DNA of 64,000 bases from Geopsychrobacteraceae bacterium (GCA_963662315.1 OY759353.1:3872001-3936000), one strand, 5' to 3'; positions 1 through 10,685 are shown, numbered from the stretch's first letter. Numbers and translations are program-made. The notes: a model not told the origin generated them from the sequence alone.

Positions 1-557
1 AAACCCGGAACCAGAAAATTACGGCTTTCATTGGTTTTGTTAAAGCGGATCTGCGAGCGCACCTGGACACCGGGCATGAAAAGCTCTTCACCATGCGCCT
101 TGCGCAGCTGTCGCCATTTGTCGATGGTGCCGCGCGCATAGCCCTGAATCAGGCGAGCCCGGTTGGCATCGATACCGTTGACAATGACCTGGATCGATGC
201 CTGGTGCTGTTGCTCAAGGGTTTCCGTAAAATTGTCGCGGATCTCGATGAAACCATCAACAATTCCTGTGCTGATAAGCTCTTCAGCACGCTGACGAGAA
301 GGAACCCGCAACGGCTTAAAATAGGGTGACAACTGAAAGCGGGCGATCAGGTCGCTGACCGCCGAACTGTGATCGCTGACAACCAGAGCCAGCAGCACCT
401 GCCTGGGGTTGAGGGAAACCCCGTAGCCGAACAGAAAGAGCAGCAATAACGGCATCACCAGGGCCAGCAGAATACTGCTGGGATCCCGGCGAATCTGCAG
501 GTATTCCTTGCGCAACAGACCGCGCAGGCGCATGCGTGACTGCGGAGAGCCGATCAT
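1..557 (-). CDS. ABC-2 type exporter permease (YbhS-like); 3' end runs off the window
   Basis: Not in the ORF track. Manual translation from ATG at 557 (overlapping the ATPase stop, ATGA) gives MIGSPQSRMRLRGLLRKEYLQIRRDPSSILLALVMPLLLLFLFGYGVSL, typical of ABC-2 permease N-termini. Confidence 0.9.
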   Translation of the reverse strand, partial: MIGSPQSRMRLRGLLRKEYLQIRRDPSSILLALVMPLLLLFLFGYGVSLNPRQVLLALVVSDHSSAVSDLIARFQLSPYFKPLRVPSRQRAEELISTGIVDGFIEIRDNFTETLEQQHQASIQVIVNGIDANRARLIQGYARGTIDKWRQLRKAHGEELFMPGVQVRSQIRFNKTNESRNFLVPG

Positions 558-2338
558 GACTGAGCTCCATGTTGCTGAACGTGTTTGCTGCTGCCGGCCA
601 GGGCAATAAAGGCGTCTTCAATGGTCGGGTCGGGGGTCGCTGCGGTCGTGACCAGGGCCCGGATTTCAGCCGGTGTCCCCTGAGCCAGTTCCCTGCCGTG
701 CGCCATGATCAGCATACGGTCACAGTATTCGGCTTCTTCCATGAAGTGGGTGGTTACGATGACAGTGACCCCCTGCTGGGCGAAACTGTTGATACGCAGC
801 CAGAATTCGCGCCGCGCCAGCGGGTCGGCTCCCGAGGTCGGCTCATCGAGGAAGAGAATCGCTGGTTCATGGAGCATGGCGGTTGCCATGGCTAATCTTT
901 GTTTAAAACCACCGGGCAGGTCTCCGGCTGGCATCGCACTGCGCTCACGCAGATCAAACTCGTCCAGCGCCCAGTCCAGCCGCAGACTCAGGTGTTTGCC
1001 ATGCAGCCCATAGGCCTTGCCGTAAAAGGTCAGGTTGTCTTTGACACTGAGCTGGCGGTAGAGGGAAAATACCTGGGCCATGTACCCCAACTGGCTGCGC
1101 GCTTTGGAGGGTGCCCGGCGCAGATCCCGGTCGGCAACGCGGATGTCACCGCTGCTGGCCTTGCTTAAACCACAGAGCATACGGAAAGTGGTTGTTTTTC
1201 CGGCCCCGTTGGGACCCAGCAGACCGAATATTTCACCACGGTGAACATCAAAACTGATCCCACTGACAGCGTTAAAATCACCGAATTTCTTTCCCAGATC
1301 GCGAACTGTAACGACCACCTCATTGCGCGCTGTCGTGCTGATAGCGGTCCTGGTCTCAGGATGGTTGGTCAGTCTGTGAGCAGTCATGTCCATAAATGCA
1401 TCTTCAAAACAGGGCAAGTCAGCTGTCACTGAATGATAAGTATTTGCGGGAATAAGCTGAGCAATGGGTTGATCATAATCGGCGCTGATAACACAGCGGA
1501 CCCGGCCGGACCTTATGGTGGCATCTCTGACGGTTGGCTGTGTCGCCAGCAGGGTTTGCAACTGACGGTTGCGGTTATTTTCCAGGGCAGTGAAACTGTA
1601 GACGCGGCCTTTGACTGCCTGGCGTAAATCTGCAGGATTCCCCTGGGTCAACACGTGCCCTTGCTGCAGGACGACGACCTCGTCGCAGTGTTCGGCTTCA
1701 TCCAGGTATGAGGTGGCGACCAGTACTCCAATACCGGCTCCGTGGACCAGTTGTTCGATAATTGTCCACAGCTCCCGGCGCGAAACCGGATCAACTCCGA
1801 CAGTCGGTTCGTCTAACAGCAGCAGTTGTGGTGCTTTGATCAGGGCACAGGCCAGTCCCAGCTTCTGTTTCATTCCGCCGGAGAGTTTGCCGACCCGGCG
1901 TTGTGTGAAAGCCGCCAGATCGGTCATATCCAAAAGTCGGGCCTGCTGATGACGGCGCTGTTCTTTGGCAACCCCCTGCAGATCGGAAAACAGGTCGAGG
2001 TTTTCCTGCACCGTGAGGTCCTGGTAAAGACCGAACTGTTGCGGCATATAGCCGACCAGCTCCTGGATGACCAGCGACTCGCTGGCGCAGTTATGTTCGA
2101 GAACACTGATTGCGCCAGAGCTTGGCAACAGCAGCCCGGCAGCCAGGCGCAGCAGGGTTGTTTTGCCCGCTCCATCAGGGCCAACCAAGCCGGTGATCCG
2201 GTTACCGGCGACGTTTATGGAAATGTGATCCAGAGCGCAGACCAGCTGCTGTTTTTTCGGGATAAAGGTTTTAACCAGATCGACGGCCTGCAATGCCCAT
2301 GGTGGTTTGATTTCCGGCGGTATGGCATGCGCGCTCAT
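554..2338 (-). CDS. ABC transporter ATP-binding protein with two ATPase domains (YbhF-like)
   Basis: Two Walker A motifs (GPDGAGKTT, GPNGAGKTT), LSGGMKQK and LPGGFKQR signatures, two LDEPT Walker B motifs. Confidence 0.93.
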   Translation of the reverse strand: MSAHAIPPEIKPPWALQAVDLVKTFIPKKQQLVCALDHISINVAGNRITGLVGPDGAGKTTLLRLAAGLLLPSSGAISVLEHNCASESLVIQELVGYMPQQFGLYQDLTVQENLDLFSDLQGVAKEQRRHQQARLLDMTDLAAFTQRRVGKLSGGMKQKLGLACALIKAPQLLLLDEPTVGVDPVSRRELWTIIEQLVHGAGIGVLVATSYLDEAEHCDEVVVLQQGHVLTQGNPADLRQAVKGRVYSFTALENNRNRQLQTLLATQPTVRDATIRSGRVRCVISADYDQPIAQLIPANTYHSVTADLPCFEDAFMDMTAHRLTNHPETRTAISTTARNEVVVTVRDLGKKFGDFNAVSGISFDVHRGEIFGLLGPNGAGKTTTFRMLCGLSKASSGDIRVADRDLRRAPSKARSQLGYMAQVFSLYRQLSVKDNLTFYGKAYGLHGKHLSLRLDWALDEFDLRERSAMPAGDLPGGFKQRLAMATAMLHEPAILFLDEPTSGADPLARREFWLRINSFAQQGVTVIVTTHFMEEAEYCDRMLIMAHGRELAQGTPAEIRALVTTAATPDPTIEDAFIALAGSSKHVQQHGAQS

Positions 2339-3363
2339 GGGGTCGGTGTGTTTCTTGCCGAGGCCTCCGGAAAGCTGACGGTCACCGGCATGCCAAGGCG
2401 CAGTTCATTGTCCGGATCGGTGGTGATGATCCGGACTTCGTAGACTAGTTTGGTGCGCAGATCAGAGGTTTCAACATTCTGCGGGGTGAATTCAGCAACG
2501 GAAGAGATAAAACCGACCTGCCCCTGGAAGTGTCTGTCGGGCCAGGTGTCGCTGATAATGGTAGCGGACATGCCTTCTCTGACCAGACCCAGTTGGGGCT
2601 CAGGAATATAACAGCGCGCCCATTTCGGGGTACTCAGGGCCAGAATAAAGACCGGCTGACCAGGACCGGCCAGTTCACCAACTTCGAGCAGGCGACTTTG
2701 AATGATCCCGGCTGTCGGCGCATGCAGCTCGGTGTCAGCCAGACGGGTTTCCAGCAGGCTCAACTGGGCCTGATTGGCGGTCAGTAACGCTTTGGCCTGG
2801 GCAATATCTTCCCGCCTGGGGCCCTCCAGGGCGAGGTCCAGCTTGTTCTGCAGTTCGGTCAGACCGGCTTCTTCTTCGGCAACGATGGCTTTGGCATTAT
2901 CGCGGGTCTGGAGACTGCTGGCTCCGACACCGGCGGTTTTTTCCAGACGCTCGAGGGTTGTTCTGGCATTGGCCAGACGGATTCCGGTGGCTGAAATCTG
3001 AGCCCTGATCTGGGCTATTTCCTGTGGGCGGCTGCCGGCTTCAAGCTTGTTGACCACCTCCTGTTGTGCCTGAACCTCGGCCTTTGCCTGGTTTATCTGA
3101 TCGTGCAGGCGTTGCGAACGGATCCGTGCCAGCAACTGTCCTTGGGTGACCTGATCCCCTTCTTCAACCAGAAGTTCGGAGATCAACTCCTGTTCGGGGA
3201 ATACGAGTCGCGCGTCACGAATTTCGATGTTGCCGTAGAGCGTTAATGTCTCCTCTGCTGCAAGGCGCTGCTGGCGCCAGAGGTTAGCCCCAAGAGCAAG
3301 CCCGGAACCGGCAACAATGAGCAGTATGAGCAGCAGTCTTTTGAGTTTTAGTGGATTGGCCAT
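2335..3363 (-). CDS. HlyD-family membrane fusion protein (YbhG-like)
   Basis: N-terminal anchor, LYGNIEIR, coiled-coil hairpin, AEFTPQNVETSDLRTKLVY motif; overlaps the ATPase start. Confidence 0.9.
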   Translation of the reverse strand: MANPLKLKRLLLILLIVAGSGLALGANLWRQQRLAAEETLTLYGNIEIRDARLVFPEQELISELLVEEGDQVTQGQLLARIRSQRLHDQINQAKAEVQAQQEVVNKLEAGSRPQEIAQIRAQISATGIRLANARTTLERLEKTAGVGASSLQTRDNAKAIVAEEEAGLTELQNKLDLALEGPRREDIAQAKALLTANQAQLSLLETRLADTELHAPTAGIIQSRLLEVGELAGPGQPVFILALSTPKWARCYIPEPQLGLVREGMSATIISDTWPDRHFQGQVGFISSVAEFTPQNVETSDLRTKLVYEVRIITTDPDNELRLGMPVTVSFPEASARNTPTP

Positions 3364-3556
3364 AACCAGTAGACTCCTTGAAGCAGAGAAGTCCCGCAGT
3401 CAGTACGGGGAATCACCTGGAAAATAGTGTCTGGTGTTCAGCCTCTTCGTGATCTTTCTTTTCTCCCCTGGCACAGAAAGTTATGTCGGATCAGGGCATA
3501 AATCATGAGCTGAGGGTCTTGTTCAAGCATAGCAAATCTGCCATAGATTGCTGCTT

Positions 3557-6500
3557 TTAACTCGGAGGCTTATGCTCCCGGGCATGCTGGGCAGAAAATC
3601 CGATCAGTTTCCTGATGTCCTCCAATATCAGGTATAGAACCGGGATTAACAGCAGCGTAATACCCGTGGCAAAGAGAATACCGAATCCAAGAGAAATAGC
3701 CATCGGAACCAGAAACTTGGCCTGAACACTGGTTTCAAGGATCATCGGCATCAGTCCGAAAAAAGTCGTCAATGACGTGAGCAGAATCGGCCTGAAGCGA
3801 CGCAGCCCGGCAGCGACCACGGCATCATGGATGCTCAGGCCACTGCGGCGGTTGACGTTGGCCTGATCGATGAGCAGCAGCGAATCATTGACCACCACCC
3901 CGGACAGAGCCACCAGGCCGAACATGCTGAGCAGACTGAGGTTGTAGCCCATGATGATGTGGCCGAGGACCGCGCCGATCATGCCGAAGGGGATGGCGGC
4001 CATGATCAACAGCGGCTGGCTGTAACTGCGGAACGGAATGGCCAGCAAAGCAAAGATGGTCACTAGGGCCAGCTGAAAGCCTTTCATCATACTGCCAAGC
4101 GAATCTTTGCGTTCCTTTTCTTCCCCCTCCATGTCCCAGCTTAAGCCGGGATAGTCAGCGGTCAGCTGTGGCAGCAGTTTGGTTTTCAGGTCAGAAATGA
4201 TCTGCTGTGCATTGGCCTGTTCATCATTGACGGCCGCCGAGACGTTGATGACCCGTTTACGGTCGGTGCGGTTGATTTTGGAGAAGCCTTCACTGTCAAT
4301 AATGTCTGCCGCCTGGGTCAGAGGGATTTCAGCGCCAGTTGCGGTGTGGATGCGCATGGTTTCAAAGTTCCACAAGCGGCGCCGGTCGTCTTCCGGGTAA
4401 CGCACCATCACCTTCAGTTCATTGCGGCCGCGCTGCAGGCGCAGTGCTTCGGCACCATAGAAGGCTGCGCGCACCTGACGCGCCAGGTCGGTTTCGGTGA
4501 TACCCAGGGTCCGCGCCGCCGGTTTGAGTCTGAGTTTGATTTCGCGCTTGCCGCGCGCGTATGTGTCTTCAATATCACTGACCCCCTGATATTGACCGAG
4601 TGCCGTACGGATGCGCTCAGAGGCTTTTTCAAGTACCGAAAAATCCTTGTGTGCCAGCTGAACATCGATATTGGCACCCAGCCTGACCAGGTTGGAGCGG
4701 AAGGTCAGGGAGTTAAGACCGGGGACATCCCCGACCTTCCCCCGCCAGACGGCCGAGATCTGGGTGGCCGGAATGCCCCGTTCCTCACTTTTAGTCAAAA
4801 ACATGGAAATGTTGGCCAGGTTGGTCGCAGTGGCCGTGGAGCTGCCACCAGGGCCGCCGCTGGCGACACTGCCGCCGACCAGGCTGTAAATGTTGCGCAC
4901 GATACTTTGTCCTTCAGGCAGATCGCGATCGAATTCAGCGACGGTTTCCATCCCCTTGGTCAAAATAAAATCGGCAACTTCTGCGGTTCTGCTGATGGGA
5001 ACCCCTTCGTTCATCTGAATGGCGACGGCAATTCGGTCACCATCGACCTCGGGCATGAAGGTAAAGTGGATCAGACCGTTTTTAACCACGCCGAAGGTCA
5101 GCAGCAGCGCCGCAATGCCAACGGCACAGGACGCGTAGCGATAGGTGAGGTTGAACTCGAGCATGCGCTGGTAAGGGCCGGCGACGAAGCGTTGCATGCT
5201 GTTGCCGAAACTTTTGCGGATGCGATCGAGATAGCCCAGCAGTCCGCCCGAGCTTGTGCGTGCCGTACCGAAACTCAAGTGGGCGGGGAGCACCAGCAAC
5301 GACTCAACCAGCGAGGTCATCAGCAGGGTAATGACAATGACCGGAATGACGCTGATGAATTTTCCCATCATGCCGGAGACAAAGATCAGGGGTAGAAAAG
5401 CGGCAACCGTGGTCAATACTGAGAAGGTGACCGGAACCGCGACTTCCAGGGTGCCATCAATGGCGGCCTGGGCAAACGACTTCCCCTGCTGACGCTGTTC
5501 AAAAATGTTTTCGCCGACGACAATGGCGTCGTCGACCAGGATCCCCAGGGCCAGAATAAAGGCAAACAGGGAAACCATGTTGATAGAGACGCCCAGCCAC
5601 GGCATCAGGAACAGGGTGCCGAAAAAGCTGATCGGAATCCCCAGCATGACCCACAGGGCGAGCTTTATCTCAAGGAACAGACCCAGCACAATGACGACCA
5701 GGATCAGTCCCATCAGGGCATTTTTCTGCAGAGTGTCCATGCGGCTGTTAAACAGCTCGGTGGTATCATTCCAGATGGCCAGGTGCAGACTGGAGGGCAG
5801 CTGTTTCTGTTTGCTTTGGACAAATTCGATGACGCGTTCGGAAATCTCGGTGGGCTTTTGCTCTCCGATCCGGAACACCTGCACCATCGCCGCCGGATGG
5901 CCGTCAAAACGCGCTTCGGTATCACTGTCGGCGAAGCCGTCGACAACATGGGCAATATCACCCAGGCGCACCCGGGTCCCGTCAGGGTTGGCCAGAATGG
6001 TGATATCTTCATACTCTGGCCCCCAGTAGCGACGCTCTTTGGTGCGTAACAGGATTTCTCCTGCTGTGGTTTTGACCGTGCCGGCCGGAAGGTCGAGCGA
6101 GGCCGCGTTAATAGCGGCAGCAACCTGGTTGAGGGTCAGATGGTAGCGCCGCAGGTTGCTTTCCGGCACCTCAATGGTCATTTCCAGGTCCTTGACGCCG
6201 CTCAACTCAACCTGGGTAATGTCCGGCAGGTTGAGCAACTCGTCGCGAATATTTTCGGCCTGTTCACGCAGGACATGTTCGCCGACTTCACCATAGATGA
6301 CGACGGAGATAACCTCACGGCGATTGGTTACCTTGGTGATAATCGGCTTCTCTGCCTCTTCCGGAAAGGTGGTGATGCGGTCGACTTCGCTCTTGATATC
6401 CTGCAGAACCAGATCGACATTTTCGTGGGAGTAGATTTCCGCTACGACACTGCCGACCCCTTCGGCGGCGGTTGCTTTAAGCTGCTTGATGCCATCAACA

Positions 6501-6721
6501 GCGGAAAGCGCTTCTTCAATCTTGAGAATGATCCCTTCTTCGACTTCTTCAGGTCCCGCTCCCGGGTAGGGGACGCTGACCGATACCCGGTCAAGGGAGA
6601 CCTCGGGAAAGATTTCCTGCTTGATGGACGGAGCCATGATGACGCCGCCGATGATCAGAATCAGCATCAGCAGGTTGGCCGCAACATGATTGGAGGCCAT
6701 CCATTTGACAGCACTGTTCAT
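3557..6721 (-). CDS. AcrB/AcrD/AcrF-family RND efflux permease
   Basis: 1054 aa; GILVDDAIVVGEN (TM4) and RFRPILLTSLTT motifs. Confidence 0.95.
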   Translation of the reverse strand: MNSAVKWMASNHVAANLLMLILIIGGVIMAPSIKQEIFPEVSLDRVSVSVPYPGAGPEEVEEGIILKIEEALSAVDGIKQLKATAAEGVGSVVAEIYSHENVDLVLQDIKSEVDRITTFPEEAEKPIITKVTNRREVISVVIYGEVGEHVLREQAENIRDELLNLPDITQVELSGVKDLEMTIEVPESNLRRYHLTLNQVAAAINAASLDLPAGTVKTTAGEILLRTKERRYWGPEYEDITILANPDGTRVRLGDIAHVVDGFADSDTEARFDGHPAAMVQVFRIGEQKPTEISERVIEFVQSKQKQLPSSLHLAIWNDTTELFNSRMDTLQKNALMGLILVVIVLGLFLEIKLALWVMLGIPISFFGTLFLMPWLGVSINMVSLFAFILALGILVDDAIVVGENIFEQRQQGKSFAQAAIDGTLEVAVPVTFSVLTTVAAFLPLIFVSGMMGKFISVIPVIVITLLMTSLVESLLVLPAHLSFGTARTSSGGLLGYLDRIRKSFGNSMQRFVAGPYQRMLEFNLTYRYASCAVGIAALLLTFGVVKNGLIHFTFMPEVDGDRIAVAIQMNEGVPISRTAEVADFILTKGMETVAEFDRDLPEGQSIVRNIYSLVGGSVASGGPGGSSTATATNLANISMFLTKSEERGIPATQISAVWRGKVGDVPGLNSLTFRSNLVRLGANIDVQLAHKDFSVLEKASERIRTALGQYQGVSDIEDTYARGKREIKLRLKPAARTLGITETDLARQVRAAFYGAEALRLQRGRNELKVMVRYPEDDRRRLWNFETMRIHTATGAEIPLTQAADIIDSEGFSKINRTDRKRVINVSAAVNDEQANAQQIISDLKTKLLPQLTADYPGLSWDMEGEEKERKDSLGSMMKGFQLALVTIFALLAIPFRSYSQPLLIMAAIPFGMIGAVLGHIIMGYNLSLLSMFGLVALSGVVVNDSLLLIDQANVNRRSGLSIHDAVVAAGLRRFRPILLTSLTTFFGLMPMILETSVQAKFLVPMAISLGFGILFATGITLLLIPVLYLILEDIRKLIGFSAQHAREHKPPS

Positions 6722-7905
6722 TGTGCGTTCTCCCCGATCTCAACCGGCCGCAGCAAGGCTCCATCAGCCGCTCCGGATAAGGTTGTCAGGATCAGGCGCT
6801 CATCGGCGGCAATGACATTGCCGATGATAATCTGGTCTTTCTCGCGGCGCAGTATATCCACCTGGCGGGTTAGTAGCCGGTTGTTGCTGTCTGCGAGCCA
6901 GATGATATTGCCGGTGTGCAATGCGCTGCGGGGGATGAGCATCACGTCTTCAAGAACGGACCCTGCCAGTTCTAGTTCGACGAACAACCCCAGGGGCAGG
7001 ACAGGTCCGGGATTGCTGACGTTAAGCTGGTAGGGGTTCTTAACGCTGACCACCAGGGTCGCCATTCTGCTGGTCGGATCGATTTCGCCAAGGCTGCGGG
7101 AAATCTCACCATGCCAGACGGCATTGCCCAACTGAGGTGCTTTGATGACAACCTGGCTCCCCGTGTCGTCATTGGAGCGGGGAATGGTCAGCCAGCGTAA
7201 TTCTGCAATCGGCAGCGGGACATGGATTTCGGCAACATCGGTGCCGGCGAATATGGCAATGGTAGTACCCGTGTTCAGGTATTGGCCGATATCAACCTGC
7301 TCTTCGCGAATCCGGCCGTTAAACGGCGCTCTGATCTCGGTCCGTTGTAAATTGAGTTCAGCTTTATGCAGAGTCGCCTGCGCTGCGGCCAGAACCGCTT
7401 CCTGCTGTCGCAGCTGCAGTCTGTGGGTCACCAGTGGCCCTGGGTCTCCTTTGCCGGGAAACTGGATGGCATCCCACTCATCCTGGGCAACGCGGGCCTG
7501 CTCCTGCTCTGTCGCCAGGGCGACTTCCGCCTGGGCGACCTGGGCCCGGGCCTGTTCGATGGCTAGTTCATAATCCCGGGTTTCGATTTTGAGCAGCAGG
7601 TCCCCTTTCCAGAATATTCCTCCGGCAACCAGACGCTGGGAAATCCAACTGATCTTGCCGCTGACCTGGGGCGTCAGGTTGATCTGCTGCCCGGCGGATA
7701 CGGTTCCTGTGGCAAATACCGTCACCTTGTGGGGTGTTGCTGCTATGGGGGCAACATCGACCAGCAATCCCTGCTCGGGGCTTGCGAGGCGCTGCGGGGC
7801 CGGCTTGAGCTGGCCGAGCATTTTCAGAGCAAAAACCGTTGCAACAATAACCAGTATTGGCAGAATGATTTTGAGTACGGGGCGCTTCTTCCTGGTTTCA
7901 GACAT
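6718..7905 (-). CDS. RND periplasmic adaptor subunit
   Basis: PQVSGKI lipoyl half-motif, IRAPFNG, coiled coil. Start placed at MSETRKK, just after the outer-membrane-factor stop (the track extends it to 7953). Confidence 0.9.
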   Translation of the reverse strand: MSETRKKRPVLKIILPILVIVATVFALKMLGQLKPAPQRLASPEQGLLVDVAPIAATPHKVTVFATGTVSAGQQINLTPQVSGKISWISQRLVAGGIFWKGDLLLKIETRDYELAIEQARAQVAQAEVALATEQEQARVAQDEWDAIQFPGKGDPGPLVTHRLQLRQQEAVLAAAQATLHKAELNLQRTEIRAPFNGRIREEQVDIGQYLNTGTTIAIFAGTDVAEIHVPLPIAELRWLTIPRSNDDTGSQVVIKAPQLGNAVWHGEISRSLGEIDPTSRMATLVVSVKNPYQLNVSNPGPVLPLGLFVELELAGSVLEDVMLIPRSALHTGNIIWLADSNNRLLTRQVDILRREKDQIIIGNVIAADERLILTTLSGAADGALLRPVEIGENAQ

Positions 7906-7906
7906 G

Positions 7907-9313
7907 TTATTTCTGCTCCCTTGATGAATTTCTTTGGGCGGTAAGTTCGTCATTCATCCAACTGCCACCGAGGGCCTTCACCAGGGTAATGCGCTGGCTG
8001 AGCCACAGTCTCTGGTTGCTGATCTGCTGGCTGAGAATTCCCAATTGGTCAATTTCGCTGTTGAGCCAGTTGGTGCTGTCACTCAGCCCGGTCCGGTAAT
8101 TGTTCAGACTGGCATTCAGGTAGCCACTGTTGGCGTCTTTCTGGCGCTCAAGCAATTGCGCCCGCAAGGCGTAGTTGCGTTCACTTACCAGGCTGTTTTC
8201 CAACTCTTGCATGGCGGTCAGCAACACCTGTCGGGTCGCTGCCAGCTGTTCAGCTCTTACGGCCTGTTGTTGCTCCACAGCTGCTTGACGCCGTCCACCA
8301 TCAAATAAAGGCTGCGTTAGGTTGAGGACCAAGCTCCACAGGGTCCCATTGACATCACCATTGGTTAACGAATAGGCGGCGCGTCCCAGGGTTGCGCTCA
8401 GGTTTAGCGCAGGCAGGCGTTCCGCAATCGTCGCCGCCAGAGTGTGATCGGTTGCTTCAAGCTGATGCAGGGCACGGGCCACGTCGGGACGGCGGGTAAG
8501 GAGATCAGCAGGAAGCCCCAGGGTGACTGCTGAAGCAATATGCGGTAAGTCGACAACCTCAAGCTTGATGCTCCCCGGCGCCTGGCCAAGCAGTACCGCT
8601 ATAGAGTTTTCCGCCTGCGTCAGGGTGGTGGAATAACCAGGTAACTGGGCTTCAATGGTGGCCAGGTTGCGCTGCGCCTGGTACAGAGAACTGGCGGTCA
8701 GCAGTCCTGCCTGGTAGCGTCTGGTCACTAATTCAAGAAGACTTTCCGAACGCGCTTTCTGAACCTGCAGCAGTTTGAGGTGGGCATGCTGTTCCTGGGC
8801 GAGAAAATACTCTCCGGCCAGCTGGGCACTCAGACTGAGGAGCAGCGTTTTGACGGTATCTTCACTCGCCAGAATCTGGAGCCGCGCTGCGGCATCGCGA
8901 TCGGCAAGTTTGTTCCACAGGTCAATTTCATAGGCTGCTGCCAGGGACAGGCTGGAACTGGTTGAACGACTTTCCCCCGCCGCGCTCAGGCTTTGTGAAC
9001 GCCCTGTCGAGCCGTTAAAATTCAGGGTAGGGAAGCGGTTTGCGTGACTCTGGCGGAATTGAGCTTCAACCTGCTCAAGGCGGTGCCAGGCCTGAAGAAT
9101 GTCAAGGTTGCCGTTGAACAGTTGCTGCTCAAGCCTATTCAGCTGAGGGTCGTCAAACGCATGCCACCAGCGATCAGGGCTGGGTACCGTGGCTTGTTGT
9201 ATCCGCGAATAACTGTCAGGCACCTCAGGTGCAGGTGTTGCGACCGGTCGCAGCGGGTTGCAGGCCACCAGGAACATGAATGTTGCTAACAAAGCAGAAT
9301 GGCGGATCATCAT
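7907..9313 (-). CDS. NodT/TolC-family outer membrane efflux lipoprotein
   Basis: Lipobox LVAC, WWHAFDDPQL, YEIDLW, LLTRRPDV, KALGGSW. Confidence 0.93.
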   Translation of the reverse strand: MMIRHSALLATFMFLVACNPLRPVATPAPEVPDSYSRIQQATVPSPDRWWHAFDDPQLNRLEQQLFNGNLDILQAWHRLEQVEAQFRQSHANRFPTLNFNGSTGRSQSLSAAGESRSTSSSLSLAAAYEIDLWNKLADRDAAARLQILASEDTVKTLLLSLSAQLAGEYFLAQEQHAHLKLLQVQKARSESLLELVTRRYQAGLLTASSLYQAQRNLATIEAQLPGYSTTLTQAENSIAVLLGQAPGSIKLEVVDLPHIASAVTLGLPADLLTRRPDVARALHQLEATDHTLAATIAERLPALNLSATLGRAAYSLTNGDVNGTLWSLVLNLTQPLFDGGRRQAAVEQQQAVRAEQLAATRQVLLTAMQELENSLVSERNYALRAQLLERQKDANSGYLNASLNNYRTGLSDSTNWLNSEIDQLGILSQQISNQRLWLSQRITLVKALGGSWMNDELTAQRNSSREQK

Positions 9314-9945
9314 TGCGGAGCCTCCAGTCCGGCTTGTAAAAATTTCAGCAGTTGATTCATTTTTTCCTCTTCATCCAAGGCGACAGAAATAAAACTGCTA
9401 CGTTTGCAAGCGCTGCTGTTGTCGCACATGACCGCACTCATCGAACCGACCAGGAATTGCAGCCGCGCCTGAAAAATCAATTCATCAAGGTCTGGCAATG
9501 CCTGACGCAAACACCCGGCAAAGTATTGAAAAAGCGGCATGGCGAGATTAATAAAGCAGTTGTGAACGGTTTGATCCGGATCATTCCAGGAGCGGCCGAT
9601 CAGACTGATAAAATTTTTCGCTCCCTCCGAGGCGCGCAGAAATTTAAGGGTTGGCTGCAGAAATGCGTACAGCAGATCGATCACTGCCGGGCGAATTTTG
9701 TTGGCAGCTGCTTTTTGCATGACCTGTTCAAGAGCCTCACGGCGTTTATGATTAAGTGGAATCAGACGCCGCTCAATGACGGCATAGAGAAGGTTCTCTT
9801 TAGAACCAAAATGATAATTAACCGCTGCGAGGTTGACACCGGCCTGTACTGTCAGAATCCGCATGGAGGTATGGTGAAAACCTTCCTGGGCGAAAAGTTT
9901 TTCTGCGCAGTCGAGCAGCAGCTTTTTCGTATCTGGAGATGCCAT
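9310..9945 (-). CDS. TetR-family regulator, PsrA-like
   Basis: HTH region AEKLFAQEGF...AGVNLAAVNYHFGSKENL closely recalls Pseudomonas PsrA; start placed at MASPDTKK. Confidence 0.88.
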   Translation of the reverse strand: MASPDTKKLLLDCAEKLFAQEGFHHTSMRILTVQAGVNLAAVNYHFGSKENLLYAVIERRLIPLNHKRREALEQVMQKAAANKIRPAVIDLLYAFLQPTLKFLRASEGAKNFISLIGRSWNDPDQTVHNCFINLAMPLFQYFAGCLRQALPDLDELIFQARLQFLVGSMSAVMCDNSSACKRSSFISVALDEEEKMNQLLKFLQAGLEAPQ

Positions 9946-9982
9946 TGCAGAATGATCCTTGGGTTTGCAGATAAGTACCTGA

Positions 9983-10011
9983 TTAAAACACTCGTTTGAA
10001 AAATAAGTCAA
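9983..10011 (-). promoter_or_regulatory. Palindromic TetR operator overlapping a sigma-70-like promoter
   Basis: TTAAAAC-ACTC-GTTTGAA at 9983-10000, with a minus-strand TTGACT -35 element at 10006-10011. Confidence 0.65.
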
Positions 10012-10254
10012 CCTTTTCGCTCAGCAGGCGCTACCAAAGCAAATATTTATTTCAGGTGTCCGAACCTGATGGAAACATCACCGGAATCAGTTGTGTGAAC
10101 GGGTCGCTATCTCATTTTTTTGCCTGAAAATTAATCAAGAGATGTTTTCTCACCTGTGCAGGGACTGTGCAGGGTCGGTATTTTCTGTCTAAATAATAGG
10201 CAGAATGCGTGTGTCCCAATACGATCAGGTGCTAAAAATACTGAGTCGTAGAAA

Positions 10255-10271
10255 TTGGCACACAGTCTGCT
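10255..10271 (+). promoter_or_regulatory. Sigma-54 promoter of glnK-amtB
   Basis: TTGGCACACAGTCTGCT with GG-N10-GC spacing. Confidence 0.85.
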
Positions 10272-10289
10272 AGAGCATTGCCACAATGA

Positions 10290-10685
<396 letters not shown>

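Noticed and set aside
3525..3545. TGGCA-containing sequence as a sigma-54 promoter for the ABC operon
   Set aside because: The GG-to-GC spacing is wrong.
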